From: a virus
UHGV virus genome: UHGV-1504643
Strand: one strand, 5' to 3'
DNA length: 16,006 nucleotides
The notes below the pieces were generated by a model that saw only the letters and a program-made list of their open reading frames with translations, searched no databases and was not told the DNA's origin. Positions 8,439-15,702 of the stretch are shown piece by piece. Both the position numbers and the translations under genes were made by a program. Each line of letters starts with the position of its first letter. Within the stretch, counting starts at the first letter, position 1.

Positions 8439-8851
8439 TGACTGTGCTGGTTGTGTTGTTATCGCTGGCGGTGGCCGGTCTGTTTCTGGTGAAACACAAA
8501 AATGCCAGCCTGCGCGCCTCGCTGGACAGGGCGAATAACGTCGCCAGTGAACAGCAGACGACCATCACCATGCTGAAAAATCAGCTTCATGTTGCACTCA
8601 CCAGGGCAGACAAAAACGAGCTGGCGCAGGTGGCACTGCGTCAGGAACTGGAGAACGCCGCGAAGCGTGAAGCACAGCGCGAGAAAACCATCACGAGGTT
8701 ACTGAATGAAAACGAAGATTTTCGCCGCTGGTACGGTGCTGACCTGCCTGATGCTGTGCGCCGGTTGCACCAGCGCCCGGCCTGCACCGACGCCAGTGAT
8801 TGTCGCCAACGCCTGCCCGAAAGTGAGCCTTTGCCCGATGCCGGGCAGTGA
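8426..8851 (+). CDS. lysB: LysB, inner-membrane spanin (Rz-like)
   Basis: 141-aa ORF with an N-terminal transmembrane helix (LMTVLVVLLSLAVAGLFLV) and a charged, probably coiled-coil periplasmic region; overlaps the lysA 3' end by 13 nt. Confidence 0.85.
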   Translation: MSKLMTVLVVLLSLAVAGLFLVKHKNASLRASLDRANNVASEQQTTITMLKNQLHVALTRADKNELAQVALRQELENAAKREAQREKTITRLLNENEDFRRWYGADLPDAVRRLHQRPACTDASDCRQRLPESEPLPDAGQ

Positions 8852-8996
8852 CCCGCAGACGAACGGCGATTTAAGTGCTGATATCCGGCAGCTTGAGAAC
8901 GCGCTGGCACGCTGTGCCAGCCAGGTAAAAATGATTAAACACTGTCAGGACGAAAACGATGCTCAAACCCGACAGCCTGCGCAGGGCGCTGACTGA
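8706..8996 (+). CDS. lysC: LysC, outer-membrane lipoprotein spanin (Rz1-like), embedded out of frame in lysB
   Basis: 96-aa ORF with signal peptide and Cys-containing lipobox-like segment (LMLCAGCTS); GAGG site 8 nt upstream of ATG; begins inside lysB in another frame and runs past it into the start of R. Confidence 0.8.
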   Translation: MKTKIFAAGTVLTCLMLCAGCTSARPAPTPVIVANACPKVSLCPMPGSDPQTNGDLSADIRQLENALARCASQVKMIKHCQDENDAQTRQPAQGAD

Positions 8997-9426
8997 TGCC
9001 GTCACGGTGCTGAAAACCAGCCCCGAGATGCTGCGGATATTCGTGGATAACGGGAGTATTGCCTCCACACTGGCGACGTCGTTGTCATTCGAAAAGCGTT
9101 ACACGCTCAATGTGATTGTGACCGACTTTACCGGTGATTTTGACCTGCTCATTGTGCCGGTGCTGGCGTGGCTGCGGGAAAATCAGCCCGACATCATGAC
9201 CACCGACGCAGGCCAGAAAAAGGGCTTCACGTTTTATGCAGACATCAACAATGACAGCAGCTTTGATATCAGCATCAGTCTGATGCTGACCGAGCGCACG
9301 CTGGTCAGTGAGGTGGACGGCGCACTGCATGTGAAGAATATCCCGGAACCTCCGCCGCCGGAGCCGGTCACCCGCCCGGTGGAGCTTTATATCAATGGTG
9401 AACTGGTGAGCAAGTGGGATGAATGA
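8959..9426 (+). CDS. R: Tail completion protein, P2 gpR homologue
   Basis: 155-aa ORF; position and length match P2 R. Confidence 0.9.
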   Translation: MLKPDSLRRALTDAVTVLKTSPEMLRIFVDNGSIASTLATSLSFEKRYTLNVIVTDFTGDFDLLIVPVLAWLRENQPDIMTTDAGQKKGFTFYADINNDSSFDISISLMLTERTLVSEVDGALHVKNIPEPPPPEPVTRPVELYINGELVSKWDE

Positions 9427-9871
9427 GTTTAAGCGTTTTGAAGACCGGCTGACCGGACTGATTGAGTCGCTGTCACCGTCAGGGCGTCGGCGACTGAGTG
9501 CCGAACTGGCAAAACGTCTGCGACAGAGTCAGCAGCGTCGGGTGATGGCACAGAAAGCCCCGGACGGCACACCCTACGCGCCACGCCAGCAGCAGAGCGC
9601 CAGAAAAAAGACTGGTCGTGTTAAGCGAAAAATGTTTGCGAAACTTATTACCAGTCGTTTTTTGCATATTCGCGCCAGCCCGGAGCAGGCATCAATGGAA
9701 TTTTACGGCGGGAAGTCGCCGAAAATCGCCAGTGTGCATCAGTTCGGTCTGTCGGAAGAAAACCGGAAAGACGGTAAGAAAATTGATTATCCGGCGCGTC
9801 CTCTGCTCGGCTTTACCGGTGAGGATGTACAGATGATTGAAGAGATTATCCTGGCTCACCTCGACCGTTAG
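9419..9871 (+). CDS. S: Tail completion protein, P2 gpS homologue
   Basis: 150-aa ORF; 8-nt overlap with R; position and length match P2 S. Confidence 0.9.
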   Translation: MNEFKRFEDRLTGLIESLSPSGRRRLSAELAKRLRQSQQRRVMAQKAPDGTPYAPRQQQSARKKTGRVKRKMFAKLITSRFLHIRASPEQASMEFYGGKSPKIASVHQFGLSEENRKDGKKIDYPARPLLGFTGEDVQMIEEIILAHLDR

Positions 9872-9903
9872 TTGTGCCATTCCCGACACCTCATCGTCAC
9901 ATT

Positions 9904-9925
9904 GCCGCCGGTATGACCCGGCGGC
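9904..9925 (+). promoter_or_regulatory. Inverted repeat (8-bp stem, 6-nt loop) in the S-V intergenic region; possible regulatory element near the expected late promoter for the V operon
   Basis: GCCGCCGG (9904-9911) / CCGGCGGC (9918-9925); no U-tract follows, so not a classical intrinsic terminator. P2 has a late promoter upstream of V (established knowledge); its identity here is inference. Confidence 0.3.
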
Positions 9926-9937
9926 ATCCTTCCCGTT

Positions 9938-10573
9938 ATGAACACACTCGCAAATATTCAGGAACTCGCGCGCGCACTGCGCAACATGATCCGCACCGGC
10001 ATTATCGTCGAAACCGACCTTAACGCCGGTCGCTGCCGTGTGCAGACCGGCGGCATGTGCACCGACTGGCTTCAGTGGCTGACCCATCGCGCCGGACGTT
10101 CGCGCACATGGTGGGCACCTTCCGTGGGGGAACAGGTGCTGATTCTGGCCGTGGGCGGTGAACTCGACACGGCGTTCGTTCTGCCGGGGATTTATTCCGG
10201 CGATAACCGCGCGCCGTCTGCGTCGGCGGATGCCCTGCATATCCGTTTCCCTGACGGGGCGGTGATTGAGTATGAACCCGAAACCAGTGCACTCACGGTA
10301 AGCGGAATTAAAACGGCCAGCGTGACGGCTTCTGATTCTGTTACTGCCACGGTACCGGTGGTCACGGTGAAAGCGTCAACCCGTGTCACCCTGGACACAC
10401 CGGAAGTGGTCTGCACTAACAAACTGACTACCGGCACGCTGGAAGTGCAGAAGGGCGGGACGATGCGCGGCAACATTGAACACACCGGCGGTGAACTCTC
10501 ATCAAACGGTAAGGTACTGCATACCCACAAACACCCCGGCGACAGCGGCGGCACAACCGGGAGTCCTTTATGA
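9938..10573 (+). CDS. V: Baseplate central spike protein, P2 gpV homologue
   Basis: 211-aa ORF; position and length match P2 V. Confidence 0.92.
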   Translation: MNTLANIQELARALRNMIRTGIIVETDLNAGRCRVQTGGMCTDWLQWLTHRAGRSRTWWAPSVGEQVLILAVGGELDTAFVLPGIYSGDNRAPSASADALHIRFPDGAVIEYEPETSALTVSGIKTASVTASDSVTATVPVVTVKASTRVTLDTPEVVCTNKLTTGTLEVQKGGTMRGNIEHTGGELSSNGKVLHTHKHPGDSGGTTGSPL

Positions 10574-10917
10574 CAGCGCGTTATCTCGGAATGAATCGCA
10601 GTGATGGCCTGACGGTCACTGACCTTGAGCATATCAGCCAGAGTATCGGCGATATCCTGCGCACACCGGTCGGCTCACGGGTGATGCGTCGTGATTACGG
10701 CTCGTTGCTGGCGTCAATGATTGACCAGCCGCAGACTCCGGCGCTTGAGTTGCAGATTAAGGTCGCCTGTTACATGGCGGTACTGAAATGGGAACCCCGC
10801 GTCACCCTGTCATCCGTCACCACGGCGCGCAGTTTTGACGGGCGAATGACGGTCACGTTAACCGGTCAGCACAACGACACCGGCCAGCCACTTTCGTTAA
10901 CCATCCCTGTGAGTTGA
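10570..10917 (+). CDS. W: Baseplate wedge protein (gp25-like), P2 gpW homologue
   Basis: 115-aa ORF; ATGA overlap with the V stop. Confidence 0.92.
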   Translation: MTARYLGMNRSDGLTVTDLEHISQSIGDILRTPVGSRVMRRDYGSLLASMIDQPQTPALELQIKVACYMAVLKWEPRVTLSSVTTARSFDGRMTVTLTGQHNDTGQPLSLTIPVS

Positions 10918-10921
10918 AACC

Positions 10922-11830
10922 ATGCCGATTATCGACCTGAACCAGCTACCCGCACCGGATGTGGTCGAGGAGCTGGACTTTGAAACCATTCTTGCCGAAC
11001 GCAAGGCGACACTGATTTCCCTTTACCCGGAAGACCAGCAGGAGGCGGTCGCCCGTACCCTGACGCTGGAATCCGAGCCTCTCGTCAAACTGCTGGAGGA
11101 AAATGCTTATCGTGAGCTTATCTGGCGTCAGCGTGTGAATGAGGCCGCACGGGCGGTGATGCTGGCCTGTGCCGCCGGTAATGACCTTGATGTGATTGGT
11201 GCCAATTACAACACCACGCGCCTGATTATCACCCCGGCAGATGATTCGACCATCCCGCCGACACCGGCAGTGATGGAGTCTGACACCGATTATCGTCTGC
11301 GTATTCAGCAGGCGTTTGAGGGCTTAAGCGTTGCCGGGTCGGTGGGAGCCTATCAGTATCATGGTCGTAGTGCCGACGGGCGTGTCGCGGATATCTCTGT
11401 TACCAGTCCGTCTCCGGCCTGTGTCACTGTCTCCGTGCTGTCACGTGAAAATAACGGCGTCGCATCCGAAGACCTGCTGGCTGTGGTGCGTAACGCCCTT
11501 AATGGCGAGGACGTCAGGCCGGTGGCCGACCGCGTGACCGTGCAGTCTGCCGCCATCGTTGAATACCAGATAAACGCCACGCTTTACCTTTACCCTGGTC
11601 CCGAAAGCGAACCCATACGCGCTGCCGCCGTGAAAAAACTGGAAGCGTACATCACGGCACAGCACCGGCTGGGGCGTGACATCCGTCTGTCTGCCATTTA
11701 TGCCGCTTTGCATGTGGAAGGCGTGCAGCGTGTTGAACTGGCTTCACCACTGGCCGACATCGTGCTCAACAGTACGCAGGCGTCTTTCTGTACCGAATAC
11801 CACGTCGTGACCGGAGGCTCGGATGAGTGA
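10922..11830 (+). CDS. J: Baseplate protein J, P2 gpJ homologue
   Basis: 302-aa ORF; position and length match P2 J. Confidence 0.92.
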   Translation: MPIIDLNQLPAPDVVEELDFETILAERKATLISLYPEDQQEAVARTLTLESEPLVKLLEENAYRELIWRQRVNEAARAVMLACAAGNDLDVIGANYNTTRLIITPADDSTIPPTPAVMESDTDYRLRIQQAFEGLSVAGSVGAYQYHGRSADGRVADISVTSPSPACVTVSVLSRENNGVASEDLLAVVRNALNGEDVRPVADRVTVQSAAIVEYQINATLYLYPGPESEPIRAAAVKKLEAYITAQHRLGRDIRLSAIYAALHVEGVQRVELASPLADIVLNSTQASFCTEYHVVTGGSDE

Positions 11831-12353
11831 TTCGCGACTGCTGCCGACCGGCTCATCACCGCTTGAAGTTGCCGCCGCAAAAGCCTGTGCGGAAATTGAA
11901 AAAACGCCGGTCAGTATTCGTGAGCTGTGGAACCCGGATACCTGTCCGGCAAATCTGCTGCCGTGGCTGGCGTGGGCGTTTTCGGTCGACAGGTGGGATG
12001 AAAAGTGGCCGGAAGCGACCAAACGCGCCGTTATTCGCGATGCCTATTTCATCCACTGTCATAAAGGCACTATAGGTGCAATCCGGCGTGTGGTGGAGCC
12101 GCTGGGCTATCTCATCAACGTGACAGAGTGGTGGGAAACCAGTGACCCGCCAGGCACCTTCCGGCTTGATATTGGCGTACTGGAAAGCGGCATCACAGAG
12201 GCAATGTATCAGGAAATGGAACGGCTTATTGCTGATGCCAAACCTGCAAGCCGTCATCTTATTGGCCTGAACATTACCCGGGATATTCCCGGCTACCTGT
12301 TCGCCGGTGGTGTGGCTTACGACGGCGATGTAATTACGGTTTACCCCGGATAA
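11823..12353 (+). CDS. I: Baseplate protein I, P2 gpI homologue
   Basis: 176-aa ORF; GGAGG site upstream; 8-nt overlap with J. Confidence 0.9.
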   Translation: MSDSRLLPTGSSPLEVAAAKACAEIEKTPVSIRELWNPDTCPANLLPWLAWAFSVDRWDEKWPEATKRAVIRDAYFIHCHKGTIGAIRRVVEPLGYLINVTEWWETSDPPGTFRLDIGVLESGITEAMYQEMERLIADAKPASRHLIGLNITRDIPGYLFAGGVAYDGDVITVYPG

Positions 12354-12363
12354 GTGAGGAATA

Positions 12364-14613
12364 ATGAGCACAAAATTCAAAACCGTTATCACCACTGCCG
12401 GTGCAGCAAAGCTGGCAGCGGCAACCGCACCGGGAGGGCGGAAGGTCAACATTACCACGATGGCCGTCGGGGATGGCGGTGGTAAATTGCCTGTCCCGGA
12501 TGCCGGACAGACCGGGCTTATCCATGAAGTCTGGCGACATGCGCTGAACAAAATCAGCCAGGACAAACGAAACAGTAATTATATTATCGCAGAGCTGGTT
12601 ATTCCGCCGGAGGTGGGCGGTTTCTGGATGCGTGAACTTGGCCTGTACGATGATGCGGGAACGCTAATTGCCGTGGCGAACATGGCCGAAAGTTATAAGC
12701 CAGCCCTTGCCGAAGGCTCAGGGCGTTCGCAGACCTGCCGCATGGTCATCATCGTCAGCAGTGTGGCCTCAGTGGAGCTGACCATTGACACCACAACGGT
12801 GATGGCAACGCAGGATTACGTTGATGACAAAATTGCAGAACATGAACAGTCACGACGTCACCCTGACGCCTCGCTGACCGCAAAAGGTTTTACTCAGTTA
12901 AGCAGTGCGACCAACAGCACGTCTGAAACACTGGCTGCAACTCCGAAAGCGGTTAAGGCCGCATATGACCTTGCTAACGGGAAATATACCGCACAGGACG
13001 CTACCACCGCGCGAAAAGGCCTTGTTCAGCTCAGTAGTGCGACTAACAGCACGTCTGAAACGCTCGCCGCAACGCCGAAAGCGGTAAAGGCAGCATATGA
13101 CCTTGCTAACGGGAAATACACTGCACAGGATGCCACAACAGCGCGAAAAGGCCTTGTTCAGCTCAGTAGCGCCACCAACAGCGATTCTGAAACGCTTGCG
13201 GCAACGCCAAAGGCGGTTAAGACAGCATATGACCTTGCTAACGGGAAATACACTGCACAGGATGCCACCACGGCGCGAAAAGGTCTTGTCCAGCTCAGTA
13301 GCGCCACCAACAGTGATTCTGAAACGCAGGCTGCAACGCCAAAGGCGGTGAAGTCTGCCTATGACAATGCTGAAAAACGTCTTCAGAAAGATCAAAACGG
13401 TGCGGATATCCCTGATAAAGAACGCTTCCTGAGTAACATTAATGTTTACAGCAAAGGTGAAGTGGATAAGAAAAAGGGAATGCGAAAGTATTCGTTTGCA
13501 GCCCCTGCAAATGTCGTTGCCGGGAAGTGGTACCCCGTTATCTTTCGCCGTGCTGCCAGCCTTTCAGGAGAAATGGCATCCCGCGTTGTTATTTCCACTG
13601 GTTGTTATAACGGCGATTATGTAATGAATAACTGCGAGTTTAATGGCATGGTTATGCCCGGAGGCTGGACTGATCGTGGTTCATATGCGGCAGGTTATTT
13701 CTGGACGTATCAGACTAATGAGCGTTCAATCCATTCCATTGTTACAAGCCTGAAAGATGATGATGTATGTAGTGTTTTTTATGTTGAAGCCAGAGCTTTC
13801 CCTGTACAAATTCTTGCAGAGGAAGGGCTAACGGTTATTGTTCCGACAGAGGATTATGTCGTCGGTCAAACGACATATAAGTGGGGAGCAACTAATCCCG
13901 CTACAGAAAGCACGAACGCACAGGCTATTCTGGATTTTAAAAATGGACGTGGTTATTACTGTTCACATCCATTTATTTCCAGCCTTTCAGGAAATGCTGC
14001 AACAGCAACGAAGTTAGCGAACGCAAGAAATATTAATGGTGTCAGATTTGATGGCTCTGCCGATATAAATATTAATACACTGGTATCCAGAAACCGTGTT
14101 AATGCATTAGGTGGGAGCGTAAAGGGGACACCAGGTATTCAGATGTATGAGGCATACAACAATGGCTACCCAACAGCCTATGGTAATGTGCTTCATCTCA
14201 CTGGCGTAACCGCAGTAGGAGAGGGTGAGTTACTTATTGGCTGGAGTGGAACCAGCGGTGCTCATGCTCCGGCATATATTCGTTCCCGACGAGATACCAC
14301 AGATGCAGACTGGTCTGGATGGGCGCAACTATATACAACTGCTCATAAACCCTCAGCGGGAGATGTTGGTGCATACACCAAAACTGAGTCAGATTCACGT
14401 TATGTGAGAGACATGCGGCTGGGCGGTGCATCTACATATAAACCAGCAAATAATGGTACTACATGGACGCATCAGGCTCCGTCAGGTTGCGTATATACCG
14501 GCATTATTGTTCAGGATACCGGCTCAAACTCTGCCGATAACATTGGTGGCGTATATTACAGACCGGTGCAGAAATACATTAACGGGACATGGTATAACGT
14601 GGCGCAGGTATAA
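12364..14613 (+). CDS. H: Tail fibre protein, P2 gpH homologue: conserved N-terminal baseplate-attachment domain, tandem fibre repeats, and a divergent lower-GC C-terminal receptor-binding region
   Basis: 749-aa ORF; N-terminus MSTKFKTVITTAGAAKLAAATAPG... is P2 H-like as I recall; contains about 3.7 tandem 44-aa repeats and the widespread fibre motif NAATATKLANARNINGVRFDGSADININ in the C-terminal half. Confidence 0.93.
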   Translation: MSTKFKTVITTAGAAKLAAATAPGGRKVNITTMAVGDGGGKLPVPDAGQTGLIHEVWRHALNKISQDKRNSNYIIAELVIPPEVGGFWMRELGLYDDAGTLIAVANMAESYKPALAEGSGRSQTCRMVIIVSSVASVELTIDTTTVMATQDYVDDKIAEHEQSRRHPDASLTAKGFTQLSSATNSTSETLAATPKAVKAAYDLANGKYTAQDATTARKGLVQLSSATNSTSETLAATPKAVKAAYDLANGKYTAQDATTARKGLVQLSSATNSDSETLAATPKAVKTAYDLANGKYTAQDATTARKGLVQLSSATNSDSETQAATPKAVKSAYDNAEKRLQKDQNGADIPDKERFLSNINVYSKGEVDKKKGMRKYSFAAPANVVAGKWYPVIFRRAASLSGEMASRVVISTGCYNGDYVMNNCEFNGMVMPGGWTDRGSYAAGYFWTYQTNERSIHSIVTSLKDDDVCSVFYVEARAFPVQILAEEGLTVIVPTEDYVVGQTTYKWGATNPATESTNAQAILDFKNGRGYYCSHPFISSLSGNAATATKLANARNINGVRFDGSADININTLVSRNRVNALGGSVKGTPGIQMYEAYNNGYPTAYGNVLHLTGVTAVGEGELLIGWSGTSGAHAPAYIRSRRDTTDADWSGWAQLYTTAHKPSAGDVGAYTKTESDSRYVRDMRLGGASTYKPANNGTTWTHQAPSGCVYTGIIVQDTGSNSADNIGGVYYRPVQKYINGTWYNVAQV
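12883..13365 (+). repeat. Tandem direct repeat, 132-bp unit x about 3.7 copies, in frame within H (phage tail-fibre repeat)
   Basis: Near-identical units starting at 12883, 13015, 13147 and 13279, each encoding KG(F/L)(T/V)QLSSATNS(T/D)SET(L/Q)AATPKAVK(A/T/S)AYDLANGKYTAQDATTAR; the fourth copy diverges after AYD. Confidence 0.9.
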
Positions 14614-14616
14614 TTT

Positions 14617-15144
14617 ATGCAGCATTTAAAAAATATTACGGCGGGTAATCCAAAAACGGTTGAACAATATCAATTGACAAAGGACTTTGATGTTGTCTGG
14701 TTTTTTTCAGAAGATGGTAAGAACTGGTACGAAGAACAAAAGTATTTTGCTGATGACACGATAAAAATAGCGTACGACAAAGATAATATCATCCACTATG
14801 TGGAAAAGGATGTGACAGCTATCAGACCGGATGGATTAAGTGTTGTTGAAGTGGCGGATATTACTGCTAACCGACGGGCGGACATTTCAGGGAACTGGAT
14901 GTTTAAGGACGGCAAAGTGATTAAACGCATTTATACGGCAGAGGAATTACAGCAGCAGGCAGAAATTCGGAAAGCCAGACTTCTTGCAGATGCTGAATCC
15001 GTGATTTTGCCGCTGGAGCGCGCGGTCAGACTGAACATGGCAACAGATGAGGAGCGTAGCCGACTGGAATCATGGGAACGCTACAGCGTTCTGGTCAGTC
15101 GTGTGGATCCTGCAAATCCTGAATGGCCGGAAATGCCGCAATAA
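14617..15144 (+). CDS. G: Tail fibre assembly protein (fibre chaperone), P2 gpG homologue
   Basis: 175-aa ORF starting 3 nt after the H stop; position and length match P2 G; lower G+C, like the H C-terminal half. Confidence 0.9.
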   Translation: MQHLKNITAGNPKTVEQYQLTKDFDVVWFFSEDGKNWYEEQKYFADDTIKIAYDKDNIIHYVEKDVTAIRPDGLSVVEVADITANRRADISGNWMFKDGKVIKRIYTAEELQQQAEIRKARLLADAESVILPLERAVRLNMATDEERSRLESWERYSVLVSRVDPANPEWPEMPQ

Positions 15145-15167
15145 GTTGTATTAGCTTACATATCTAT

Positions 15168-15207
15168 GGCACAGAGTAAAGCCTAATCTGACAGTCCGCT
15201 CTGTGCC
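15168..15207 (+). repeat. Inverted repeat / stem-loop (9-bp stem, 22-nt loop) 24 nt downstream of G
   Basis: GGCACAGAG (15168-15176) and CTCTGTGCC (15199-15207) are exact reverse complements; no U-tract follows. Confidence 0.5.
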
Positions 15208-15501
15208 AGGAGCAGACATTGCCAACGTTATGACCCTCGATTACATCAAAGAGCCCTATAGCCGAAACCTGCACCATAGCCATCTCTGTAGAATTCGTCC
15301 TAGGGGCTTTTAACAGACCTAGTTGTATGGATCGGAAGGAAATATTAAAGCTCAAGGCGTCAGTCCAGTGCTGTCCTGTTTGCTTACCACACGAAAGAGT
15401 GCTGCTTGTACCTGCTAACTAATGGATGCGGAGTGAGGGGGGCGGGTAGAACCAAAAGCACTTACTACGTGTGGCGCTCTCCTGGAAGAGGAGACGTCGA
15501 A

Positions 15502-15588
15502 GTGATAACGCTAACAACAGTCTTACTGGTGATGCAAATAATGCTAGCTGGTCTGGTTGCCATCAAGCAACTGACCGGACGCCCGTAA
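15502..15588 (+). CDS. Hypothetical 28-codon hydrophobic peptide (candidate small membrane protein or type I toxin-like peptide)
   Basis: GTG start at 15502 with AGAGGAG (15487-15493) 8 nt upstream; encodes (M)ITLTTVLLVMQIMLAGLVAIKQLTGRP, one predicted transmembrane helix plus a short basic tail; stop TAA at 15586-15588, about 22 nt before an intrinsic terminator. No homology evidence available. Confidence 0.3.
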   Translation: MITLTTVLLVMQIMLAGLVAIKQLTGRP

Positions 15589-15610
15589 GGGATGGAGGAA
15601 CTTGATTAAA

Positions 15611-15639
15611 GGCAGGGGGGTACCTCCCCTGCCTTTTTT
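15611..15639 (+). terminator. Rho-independent terminator (plus strand)
   Basis: GGCAGGGG (15611-15618) / CCCCTGCC (15626-15633) stem with a 7-nt loop, followed by TTTTTT (15634-15639). Confidence 0.65.
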
Positions 15640-15702
15640 CGTTTCTGCGCAAGTTAGCTCTGTTATTATAATCTTTACTCACACTGTAAGGACATAGTTC
15701 AA

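Noticed and set aside
9692-10240. 182-aa minus-strand ORF (and 9085-9330, 9479-9667, 10020-10292, 10192-10632 minus) antisense to R, S, V and W
   Set aside because: Antisense to the conserved tail and baseplate genes; Arg-rich, low-complexity translations.
11856-12566. 236-aa minus-strand ORF antisense to I and H (plus smaller ORFs 11331-11880)
   Set aside because: Overlaps the supported baseplate and fibre genes; no ribosome-binding site; shadow ORF.
12898-13395. 165-aa minus-strand ORF and two plus-strand ORFs (12905-13087, 13097-13351) with internally repetitive translations
   Set aside because: Artefacts of the 132-bp tandem repeat inside H being open in several frames; the repetitive Arg/Leu-rich products mirror the DNA repeat.
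15164-15355. 63-aa minus-strand ORF in the post-G region
   Set aside because: Uses a TTG start with no Shine-Dalgarno sequence and has no recognisable features; kept only as part of the non-coding region finding.
15406-15588. 60-aa plus-strand ORF (track version of the small hydrophobic peptide)
   Set aside because: The 5' two-thirds relies on a TTG start without a ribosome-binding site and encodes a Gly/Arg-rich segment; only the 3' 28 codons (GTG at 15502 with a Shine-Dalgarno site) look like a plausible translated peptide, and even that is low confidence.
15145-15640. Possible retron msr-msd non-coding RNA or a tRNA gene in the post-G region
   Set aside because: No reverse-transcriptase gene follows (the downstream ORF starts with a transmembrane helix, not an RT N-terminus), and I could not identify the flanking a1/a2 repeats; no tRNA-like T-arm motif (GGTTCGAAT-like) is present. 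Cannot be fully excluded without RNA folding and covariance searches.
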